Shown: piece after piece, positions 56,181-64,000 of the stretch | Numbering within the stretch: the stretch's first letter is position 1 | How the letters are laid out: each line of letters opens with the position of its first letter | NCBI GenBank assembly: GCA_913045205.1 | Contig: CAJWQF010000004.1 | Location: 3,704 to 67,703 of the forward strand | Source: an uncultured Gammaproteobacteria bacterium | Lineage (GTDB): Bacteria > Pseudomonadota > Gammaproteobacteria > Pseudomonadales > Azotimanducaceae | Direction of reading: 5' to 3' | Length of the DNA stretch: 64,000 nt | The notes under the pieces: generated by a model | The model's database searches: none | Told to the model about the DNA's origin: nothing | Seen by the model: the letters and a program-made list of their open reading frames with translations, nothing else | Made by a program: the position numbers and the translations under genes

Positions 56181-57008
56181 ATGGAGTTAAAGAACACAGA
56201 GTATGAAGTAGATCAGCACGGCGTAGCGATGATCTGGCTCAACCGACCGCACCGCATGAATGCGTGGACAGGGCGTCTGCACACCGAGTACCGCCACCTA
56301 CTGCAACAGGCCAATGACGATCAGAGAGTGCGTGCCATTGTTGTCAGTGGACGCGGCAAGGGATTTTGCGTTGGTGGCGACAGTCAGGCGCTGAGCGGTC
56401 ACGTTGATCGCGGTGCCTATGATCCGGGCATTAGCGCCGACATTGCCAAGCCCGGTTATGGCATCCACGAGAATTTCGACGCCTCCTTCGCTTACCACTT
56501 TGGCCTCGACAAGCCGGTTATCGCGGCGATGAACGGCCCTGCTGCTGGCGTTGGCCTAGCGCTGGCCTGTTTTGCCGATCTGCGTTTTGCCGTTCCCGGG
56601 GTGAAGTTCACTACTGCTCACGGCAAGCTCAATTTGCCTGCGGAATATGGCCTGTCGTGGATGCTGCCGAAAATTGTCGGGCTAGGACGCGCCAACGACC
56701 TGCTTTTGACCAGTCGGGTGTTCACCAGTGACGAGGCCTTAACCCTCGGCTTTGTTAACCAAATTTTCGAGCCAGAGCAGCTGATGGAAAAAACCCTAGA
56801 GTACACACACCAGCTAATCGCCAGCATTTCACCAAATTCCCTGCGTCAAACCCGCTGGCAGATTTACAAAGACCTGCACCGCGATGTGGCCAGCGCAGTG
56901 GTTGAATCTGAGCGGCTGATTGAAGACATGGCTAAGGAAGAAGATTTTAAAGAAGGTATTGCCGCGCTGGTTGAGAAGCGTCCGCCGGACTGGCCTTCGG
57001 TTCGATAA
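56181..57008 (+). CDS. Enoyl-CoA hydratase/isomerase family protein
   Basis: LNRPHRMNA, FCVGGD, KPVIAAMNGPAAGVG, EKRPP; GGAGG RBS. Confidence 0.92.
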   Translation: MELKNTEYEVDQHGVAMIWLNRPHRMNAWTGRLHTEYRHLLQQANDDQRVRAIVVSGRGKGFCVGGDSQALSGHVDRGAYDPGISADIAKPGYGIHENFDASFAYHFGLDKPVIAAMNGPAAGVGLALACFADLRFAVPGVKFTTAHGKLNLPAEYGLSWMLPKIVGLGRANDLLLTSRVFTSDEALTLGFVNQIFEPEQLMEKTLEYTHQLIASISPNSLRQTRWQIYKDLHRDVASAVVESERLIEDMAKEEDFKEGIAALVEKRPPDWPSVR

Positions 57009-57119
57009 CATTAAGAGCTTGCCGGACTGTGAACTGATCATTCAGACAAAGGCAGGGCTAGGATACTGTTATGTTATTTGGCCCTCGCCATATGATTTTT
57101 TGGTCCGCTTTGCTAAAAA

Positions 57120-57329
57120 CTATGTTAGCCCCCCCTTTTTTTGAGAAAACCTTCCGGCTAACGGAACGCCAATCACTGCGCTAATCGCACCAATGGCATA
57201 TTCGTTAAGGTTGGCTCCAAAGTACCGTTCGGCTAGAAATATTAGACAGGATATAACGATTCCCAAAATCACTATAGCAACCAACTATTTGGGCCAAGAG
57301 ATGTTTTGATCCCACCATTTGATGTTCAT
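57120..57329 (-). pseudogene. Small two-TM membrane protein interrupted by an in-frame TAG
   Basis: MNIKWWDQNISWPK*LVAIVILGIVISCLIFLAERYFGANLNEYAIGAISAVIGVPLAGRFSQKKGGLT; GAGGG upstream. Confidence 0.45.
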
Positions 57330-57713
57330 CGGCTTTTGCCCTCGAAATTGTGTCGACCTTTCTGCTTTTTGATGCGCTGCATCGAGTGTAATAGGACCAA
57401 GTTGGATTGAATAAATACTTGATGCTGACGAGAAGCCACCGCTTGCCGCACATTCAATGACTTGTCCCAGACTTCTAATACCTACTTGGGCCGCAACTAC
57501 GCTAAGCCCAATAAAGATCATGCTTGCTGGTTCTGACAGGTCATCTTCTCAGCGTCGACTAGAGTGTCTGAATCAATCCGATGTGAGGTGTCTTTTCGCT
57601 GACATACGGTCGTTGCTGAGGTTTGGCTTGCCGGTGTTTTGCTGGCTTTGCCCGGCTTATCGCCGGATGAAGCGATTTGCGGGTGGTTGTGCTATGAGGT
57701 TGGTAAGGGTCGC

Positions 57714-59072
57714 TTACAGCTGCGAGGGTAGCCAAGTCGCCAAACTTGGCCAGATCAGCAAGGCCGCCAACAGCACCAACTGCAGCGCAATAAACGGCAG
57801 CACCCCTCGGTAGATTTCTGTGGTGGCCACATGATCTGGGGCCACCCCGCGCAGATAAAACAGTGCAAACCCGAAGGGCGGGGTTAAAAACGAGGTCTGC
57901 AGGTTCACAGCAATCAGTATGCCCAACCAGATGGGGTCCACCCCCATGGCCATGAGCACTGGCCCGACTATGGGCACTACAACAAAGGTGATCTCGATAA
58001 AGTCGAGAATAAAGCCAAGCAAAAAGATCACCAGCATGACGATGCCAAGGGCACCCCACATGCCGCCGGGCATTTGCGCGAATAGGGCGTGCACCATGTC
58101 GTCGCCACCATAGCCGCGAAAAACTAGGGAAAAAATTGAAGCCCCAACCAAGATGAAGAACACCATGCCCGTGGTGGATAAGGTCGCGCTGCCTACCTCG
58201 GACAACACTTGGCCGTTAATGCGTCCGTAGGCCAGCCCCAGCAGTAGTGCCCCAAATGCACCCACACCGGCGGCCTCGGTAGGTGTGGCGTAGCCGCCTA
58301 AAATCGAACCAAGCACCGCAACAATGAGTAGTAGTGGCGGCGTCAGTGTGCCTAGTACCGGCGCGAGCCTTACAGCTTCGGTGCGCTCTGCTGGGGGCAT
58401 GGACTGGGGTGCCAAAATCACCCGCAGCAGGATGTAGCCAAGGTATAGGCCCACTAAGCACAGGCCGGGAATGATGGCGCCAGCAAACAAGTCGCCTACG
58501 GAAATAGACTTTGGTGCAAAAATACCCATATTCAACTGGGCTTGCTGATAGCCGTTAGACAGCACGTCGCCCAATAGCACCAGCGCGATGGACGGTGGAA
58601 TGATCTGGCCAAGAGTGCCGGTGGCGCAAATGGTGCCTGTGGCAAGACTCGGCGGATAGCCGCGCTGTAGCATTATCGGCAGCGACATCAGTCCCATGGT
58701 GACGACAGTGGCGCCGACAATACCGGTACTGGCGGCCATCAGCATGCCAACGACGATCACGGTAACCGCCAAGCCGCCCCGATATCGTCCCAACAAATTA
58801 GATAAGTTTGCCAGCAGGTCTTCTGCGATGCGCGTTCTTTCCAGCAGCACACCCATAAAGATGAATAGCGGCACGGCGATAAGTGTTTGGTTGGTAATGA
58901 TGCCGAACAGCCTGCCGGCTGCGAAGCCAAGGCTTGTTGGGTCAAAAGCACCGGTAAGTGTGCCGATGAGGGCGAATATAAGCGCTACACCGGCCAAGGT
59001 GAGGGCGACGGGATAACCGGCCAACAGGGCGACGAAGGTTACGGCGAACAACGCTAGGGGGGTTAAATTCAT
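57714..59072 (-). CDS. TRAP large permease DctM
   Basis: AVPLFIFMG, GTLGQIIPPS, NLQTSFLTPPFG. Confidence 0.94.
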   Translation of the reverse strand: MNLTPLALFAVTFVALLAGYPVALTLAGVALIFALIGTLTGAFDPTSLGFAAGRLFGIITNQTLIAVPLFIFMGVLLERTRIAEDLLANLSNLLGRYRGGLAVTVIVVGMLMAASTGIVGATVVTMGLMSLPIMLQRGYPPSLATGTICATGTLGQIIPPSIALVLLGDVLSNGYQQAQLNMGIFAPKSISVGDLFAGAIIPGLCLVGLYLGYILLRVILAPQSMPPAERTEAVRLAPVLGTLTPPLLLIVAVLGSILGGYATPTEAAGVGAFGALLLGLAYGRINGQVLSEVGSATLSTTGMVFFILVGASIFSLVFRGYGGDDMVHALFAQMPGGMWGALGIVMLVIFLLGFILDFIEITFVVVPIVGPVLMAMGVDPIWLGILIAVNLQTSFLTPPFGFALFYLRGVAPDHVATTEIYRGVLPFIALQLVLLAALLIWPSLATWLPSQL

Positions 59073-59572
59073 GGGCGTAACTTGCCAAGTAAAATAGATG
59101 CTATGCCTGCAATCCCCTGCGTTAGTAGGAGCAAGCCGGTGAGCGGCATCAGCGTCTTCAGTAAAAATACGCCGGGAATGCCGCCCACTTCGCTGGAGCC
59201 TTCAAGAATCTGCCAGCTGCTGCTGACGTAGGGCAGGCTGACCCAGATCATAAAAACCGCTACCGGTAGCAGAAATAGCACATGCCCGGCTAGGTCGATC
59301 CATTGCTGCTGGGCCGGTATGCGACGGCTGTACAGAATATCTACCCGCACATGGGTGTTTTCACTGATGCCTAGTGCAATGGCCAGCATGAAGAAGGTAC
59401 CGTGCAGGTACATGACGGTTTCTGGCAGCAAGGCACCGCCGCTGTTGAGGGCATAGCGCAGCAGTACGATGGCGAAGGTGAGCAGTACCATCACAAGGGC
59501 CAGCCAGCGCAGTGGACGAACCAGTACACTCGTGACGCGGCTTAGCCCTGCGAGAAGGTGTAGCATCGCCAT
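59069..59572 (-). CDS. TRAP small permease DctQ
   Basis: VLLRY, HVRVDILY, four TM segments. Confidence 0.9.
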   Translation of the reverse strand: MAMLHLLAGLSRVTSVLVRPLRWLALVMVLLTFAIVLLRYALNSGGALLPETVMYLHGTFFMLAIALGISENTHVRVDILYSRRIPAQQQWIDLAGHVLFLLPVAVFMIWVSLPYVSSSWQILEGSSEVGGIPGVFLLKTLMPLTGLLLLTQGIAGIASILLGKLRP

Positions 59573-59577
59573 CGCTA

Positions 59578-60450
59578 CTAGCTCAAGGTCACTTCGGCAA
59601 GGGTCGCCACTAGCAGCACTACGCCGACCCAAATGTTGTTTTTAAACGCGGCAAAGCAGCCCTCTCGGGAGCGGTCGGCGATGAGGTGGTGTTGATAGGC
59701 AAATAGTCCAACGATGGTAATAAGGCCAACAAAAAATGCGTGCTGGTAGTCGAGGTTCACACCAAGCAAAAACCATGTCCCAAGGGCGAGGGTTTGCAGG
59801 GTGCCAATCATAAATTTATCCAGCTGGCCGAACAAAATGGCAGTGCTCTTAATGCCGACGAGCAAGTCGTCATCGCGGTCGACCATGGCGTACTCGGTGT
59901 CATAAGCCACAATCCAAAACAGTGACCCAATAAACAGCAAAACTGCCTCGGCTGGCACGCCGAGGTCTTGGGCAGACCAAGCCATTAAAATACCCCAGCT
60001 GAAAGCGGCCCCCAGTACTACCTGTGGCAGATGGGTGTAACGCTTCATAAACGGGTAGGTGACTGCTAAGGCCAAGCCGCCGATGGCAAGTAGCTGGGTG
60101 GTCGTGTTTAAAAACAAAATGAGAATGCCCGAGCACAGCACGAGCCCAGCAAACAGCCCAAGAGCCTGCTGGGTTTGTATGGCCCCAGTCACCAGCGGCC
60201 GGAGTTTGGTGCGTTTTACCGCACCGTCCACGTTGCGGTCTGCATAGTCGTTGATTACGCAGCCAGCACTGCGCATCGAAAATGTGCCAAGGGTAAAAAT
60301 CAGTACCAAGCTAAGAGGCGGTATGGCGTCGGCGGCCATCACCAATGCTGCCAGCGTTGGCCACAGCAACAATAGGGTGCCCACGGGTCGGTCCAACCGC
60401 ATAAGGCTTAGGTAGTCCTGCAACGAAGGTGATGTAAGTTGGGTGGTCAA
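59578..60450 (-). CDS. ubiA: 4-hydroxybenzoate octaprenyltransferase
   Basis: RLDRPVGTLLLLWP, GCVINDYADR, YDTEYAMVDRDDD. Confidence 0.96.
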   Translation of the reverse strand: MTTQLTSPSLQDYLSLMRLDRPVGTLLLLWPTLAALVMAADAIPPLSLVLIFTLGTFSMRSAGCVINDYADRNVDGAVKRTKLRPLVTGAIQTQQALGLFAGLVLCSGILILFLNTTTQLLAIGGLALAVTYPFMKRYTHLPQVVLGAAFSWGILMAWSAQDLGVPAEAVLLFIGSLFWIVAYDTEYAMVDRDDDLLVGIKSTAILFGQLDKFMIGTLQTLALGTWFLLGVNLDYQHAFFVGLITIVGLFAYQHHLIADRSREGCFAAFKNNIWVGVVLLVATLAEVTLS

Positions 60451-60620
60451 CGCGCTGGCTGCTCGGTTTGTTCAGCCGCTCAGTTTATGGGTTTACCTAG
60501 CACACCTCTACAGGCCGATTGCTCTGGGTGAACTCCTGTTGAGGGAGCGCGGCGTTGCTTTTTTGCAGTGCTGGCTTTAGCGTACCGCGCTTTTGTTACC
60601 CCAAGAATGGAACATCTGAC

Positions 60621-60788
60621 ATGAAGAAATGGCAATGCATTGTCTGCGGCTGGATTTATGACGAAGCCGAGGGCTATGAAGATGAAGGCATACCTGCTGG
60701 CACCGCCTGGGAAGATGTGGACGAGGACTTTATCTGTCCTGAATGTGGGGTTGGTAAGGCAGATTTCGAGATGATCGAAATTGGTTGA
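60621..60788 (+). CDS. rubA: Rubredoxin
   Basis: MKKWQCIVCGWIYDEAEG..CPECGVGKADF. Confidence 0.95.
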   Translation: MKKWQCIVCGWIYDEAEGYEDEGIPAGTAWEDVDEDFICPECGVGKADFEMIEIG

Positions 60789-60830
60789 GCTATAGTCTGA
60801 GCACAGACGCCAACCACAAGCGGAGATGAT

Positions 60831-62117
60831 ATGAGCCTGACACAACGAATTTTGATCGCCATGGGTGTGGGCTTGGCTATTGGCGCGGTGCTGCAATGGG
60901 CGGCGCTGCCTGAGGGACACTTCGTTAACACGTTTATTCTCAATGGCGTTATCGACGGCGGCGGTCGTATTTTTGTAACGCTGCTGAAAATGCTCGTGGT
61001 GCCCTTGGTCTTTGTATCCTTAGTTTGTGGTGCAGCCAGTCTTGGCGATACCGGTAGCGTCGGCCGACTGGGCGGCAAAACCATTGGTCTTTACCTGCTG
61101 ACTACGGCGGTGGCAGTTTCCATGGCGATGTTAATTGCGCTCACCACAGATCCGGGTCTTGGCGGCGACAGCATTGGCGATGCTGCTGCAACATCTGCCT
61201 TTGAGCCGAAGACCGCGCCAAGCGTAAAAGAAACGCTGATAAACATTGTGCCTGGCAACCCAATCGCAGCCATGGCAGACGGCCAGATGCTGCAGGTTAT
61301 TCTCTTTGCGCTGCTATTCGGCTTGGCCTTAAGTAAGGCCGGTACCAGTGGCGCGACTCTGCGCTCGTTCTTTGCAGATTTGAACGACGTCATGATGCGT
61401 CTGATCACCATGATCATTGCCCTTACCCCCATCGGCGTCTTTTGTCTGATGACCAAACTTGGCGCAACCTTAGGTTTGGCCGAGATCGGTAAAGTGGCCA
61501 TGTACTTTGTGACCATTGTGTTGGCCTTGTCTCTGCATGCGGCCTTGGTCTATCCGTTGCTGCTGAAAAGCCTCACAGGCCTGAACCCCTTGATCTTCCT
61601 CAGCAAAATGCGCGAGGCGCTGTTGGTTGCGTTTTCAACTTCCTCGAGCGGCGCAACCCTGCCAGTAACCCTGCGTACGGTTGAGCACAAACTGGGTGTG
61701 CAGAACAGTGTGGCCTCTTTTGCCGTGCCCCTTGGTGCAACGGTAAATATGGATGGAACGGCAATAATGCAGGGTGTGGCAACGGTCTTTATTGCCCAGT
61801 TTTATGGCATTGACCTAGGCCTTACCGCCTTACTCACCGTGGTGCTGACTGCGACCCTAGCCTCTATCGGCACTGCAGCAGTACCCGGCGTGGGTTTAAT
61901 CACCCTAACCTTGGTGCTCGATCAAGTAGGCTTGCCGGTAGAGGGTATTGCCTTAATCATAGGCGTCGATCGCCTACTAGATATGCTGCGAACTGCGGTC
62001 AACGTGACCGGCGATGCCACGGTTGCAACCATCGTAGCGTCTAGCGAAGGGCAGCTTGACCGAGAGGTTTTCAACGCCAGTGAAGCGGGCAGCGCGCCAC
62101 AAGCAGCCAATAGTTAA
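60831..62117 (+). CDS. Dicarboxylate/amino acid:cation symporter (DAACS)
   Basis: AFSTSSSGATLP, GATVNMDGT, DRLLDMLRTAVNVTGD. Confidence 0.94.
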   Translation: MSLTQRILIAMGVGLAIGAVLQWAALPEGHFVNTFILNGVIDGGGRIFVTLLKMLVVPLVFVSLVCGAASLGDTGSVGRLGGKTIGLYLLTTAVAVSMAMLIALTTDPGLGGDSIGDAAATSAFEPKTAPSVKETLINIVPGNPIAAMADGQMLQVILFALLFGLALSKAGTSGATLRSFFADLNDVMMRLITMIIALTPIGVFCLMTKLGATLGLAEIGKVAMYFVTIVLALSLHAALVYPLLLKSLTGLNPLIFLSKMREALLVAFSTSSSGATLPVTLRTVEHKLGVQNSVASFAVPLGATVNMDGTAIMQGVATVFIAQFYGIDLGLTALLTVVLTATLASIGTAAVPGVGLITLTLVLDQVGLPVEGIALIIGVDRLLDMLRTAVNVTGDATVATIVASSEGQLDREVFNASEAGSAPQAANS

Positions 62118-62157
62118 TCAACCGTTGCGCATCCTCGGGAAGGTGCCGGCAGGCTGG

Positions 62158-64000
62158 CTAAACTGAAAGGTGCTGGGTGTCCGCAGAGGCCCAAGTGTTC
62201 AGCAGGACTTCTAAGTAAGCAGCATCTGCTGACTGCGAGGGCGCATTGAGCAACGCCTCACTGCGCTTGATCACCTGGGGCATGAGGTGGGCGTGCTCGC
62301 CTAAATCTGCGATTCTGAAACTTTGCTCCCCAGACTGCCGGGTGCCCAATATGTCTCCGGGCCCGCGCAGTTTTAGATCCTGCTCTGCCAAATAAAATCC
62401 ATCCTGACTTTCGCGTAAGGCATTCAATCGCTGTTGGCCCGTTTGGCCAACGCCGGGCTTGAACAACAAAAAACATCGGCTTGCGAGGCTGCCGCGTCCT
62501 ACTCGACCGCGTAGTTGATGCAGCTGGGCCAAACCCAGCCGCTCAGCATTTTCGATAAACATATGGGTTGCATTGGGTACGTCGACACCAACCTCTACCA
62601 CCGTGGTGGCGACCAGCAGTTGATATTCCCCGGCTTTGAAAGCCCGCATGACTTCCACCTTGTCCTCGCCCTTCATGCGGCCATGCAGCAGGGCGATGCG
62701 AAACTGCGGCAGCTGCTGGGACAGCATGGCGAAGGCTTCCTCCGCGGCTAAAGCATCTATTTCACCTGACGGTTCTATTAAGGTACATACCCAGTAGGCC
62801 TGCTGGCCCTGACTTAGGACCCGACTCACACGCTCAATTAATTCGGGGCGATTGGGCTGGGCGGCAGTGTGGGTGGTGATGGGCTGGCGGCCCTTGGGCA
62901 GTTCATCAATGACCGATACGTCCATATCTGCGTAGAGAGTCATGGTCAGGGTGCGCGGGATGGGGGTGGCGGTCATCACCAGCTGGTGCGGCGACAGGCC
63001 TTTGCTTTGCAACGCCATACGTTGGTGTACGCCGAAGCGATGCTGCTCATCAATAATGGCCAAGGCAAGTTTGTGGAAAACGACTTTGTCTTGAAACAGC
63101 GCGTGGGTGCCAATTAGCACCTGAATATCGCCGTTGGCTACGGCCGCTAGAGTTTGCCGCTGGCTCTTGGCGGTCATTTGTCCGGTGAGTAGCGCAACCC
63201 GAATGCCCAGCGGTTCTAACCATTGCCTAAAGTTCAGCTGATGCTGCTCGGCCAGCAGTTCCGTAGGCGCCATCACTGCGGTTTGGCAGCCGTGCTCTAC
63301 CGACCGAATGGCTGCAAATGCCGCCACAATGGTTTTGCCAGAACCCACGTCGCCCTGTACGAGGCGCAGCATGGGCACATTTTGCTGCAAATCTAGCAGG
63401 GTTTCCCGAACTACCCGCTGCTGCGCACGGGTCAGCTCAAAGGCTAAGTTATCCAGCAGTTTGCGCCCGAGTCCGTCTTTCTGCGGCAGGCCAATGGCCT
63501 GCTCTTTGCGGCGTTTCAAGGCGCGGCGTTTCATCACGACGTAGTAGGCACACAGTTCATCCAGCGCCAACCCTTGGCTGATTTCGTCGATGCGGCCGAG
63601 GTCGTCGGGCTGATGCAAATACAGTAGCTGCGCGAACGGCGTGCCCGGCGCGTTAGGCCAATCCAAATGCTGTAAGGCCTTAGTCAGGTTTCGTAGCCGC
63701 GCCTGCCCCAGCCCCTGAGTGGTCGGATAAATGGGCACCAGTTCCGCCTTGGGCGGTGGTGGTGGCTCGTCGAAAACCTGATATTCGGGGTGCGCAATGG
63801 CTAGATTGCGGCCAATAAACGCTACCGTCCCAAAGGCGCGTACCGTTCGGCCGGCGGCCAAAATCCGCTGCTGGGATTTGTTGAAATGAAAGAAGCGCAG
63901 TCGTAAATCCCTAGACCCATCGCTAACAAGCACCTCTAAGCTGCGGCTTCTACCGAAGGTGATTTTACTGCCCATGATTTCGCCCTCGACGAAGCATTCA
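62158..64000 (-). CDS. recG: ATP-dependent DNA helicase RecG, 5'-truncated by the window edge
   Basis: QGDVGSGKT, IDEQHRFGV, MTATPIPRTL, QLHQLRGRVGRG; frame open to the window end. Confidence 0.96.
   Translation of the reverse strand, partial: ECFVEGEIMGSKITFGRSRSLEVLVSDGSRDLRLRFFHFNKSQQRILAAGRTVRAFGTVAFIGRNLAIAHPEYQVFDEPPPPPKAELVPIYPTTQGLGQARLRNLTKALQHLDWPNAPGTPFAQLLYLHQPDDLGRIDEISQGLALDELCAYYVVMKRRALKRRKEQAIGLPQKDGLGRKLLDNLAFELTRAQQRVVRETLLDLQQNVPMLRLVQGDVGSGKTIVAAFAAIRSVEHGCQTAVMAPTELLAEQHQLNFRQWLEPLGIRVALLTGQMTAKSQRQTLAAVANGDIQVLIGTHALFQDKVVFHKLALAIIDEQHRFGVHQRMALQSKGLSPHQLVMTATPIPRTLTMTLYADMDVSVIDELPKGRQPITTHTAAQPNRPELIERVSRVLSQGQQAYWVCTLIEPSGEIDALAAEEAFAMLSQQLPQFRIALLHGRMKGEDKVEVMRAFKAGEYQLLVATTVVEVGVDVPNATHMFIENAERLGLAQLHQLRGRVGRGSLASRCFLLFKPGVGQTGQQRLNALRESQDGFYLAEQDLKLRGPGDILGTRQSGEQSFRIADLGEHAHLMPQVIKRSEALLNAPSQSADAAYLEVLLNTWASADTQHLSV

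Noticed and set aside
1-64000. Recombinase, transposase, tRNA or rRNA
   Set aside because: None recognisable, which weakens but does not exclude the DNA-inversion reading of the 22-bp repeat.

Overview
About 50 kb of this window is a large flagellar cluster from a gammaproteobacterium, probably aquatic and Na+-motile (inferred from the PomAB-like stator). In order it holds: flgE(partial)-F-G-H-I-J-K-L; a divergent second fliS; a sigma28-type run motA-motB1-motB2-K+ channel-small Cys protein-ClC-Sel1; fliS and flaG; four flagellins (656, 304, 305 and ~833 aa) with an MFS transporter inserted among them; fliD; two sigma54 activators with no sensor kinase; fliE-O; an antisense lytic transglycosylase; fliP-Q-R-flhB; and three orphan membrane proteins. 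Housekeeping and transport genes follow (uvrD, TRAP system, enoyl-CoA hydratase, ubiA, rubredoxin, DAACS symporter, recG partial). The strongest unexplained signal is non-coding. The short 3' UTR of the ~833-aa flagellin carries a perfect 22-nt reverse complement of the ribosome-binding region of the 656-aa flagellin. The other two flagellin transcripts display shorter complements of the same RBS in hairpin loops or bulges. This suggests an RNA-RNA cross-regulation circuit among flagellin paralogs; a 5-kb invertible switch is the alternative. Also notable are eleven perfect GGCA-N6-TGCC palindromes around sigma28 flagellin/fliD promoters, two MotB paralogs with identical TM segments and CxxC motifs, and ion channels apparently co-transcribed with the stator. 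All calls were made by eye, without database searches.
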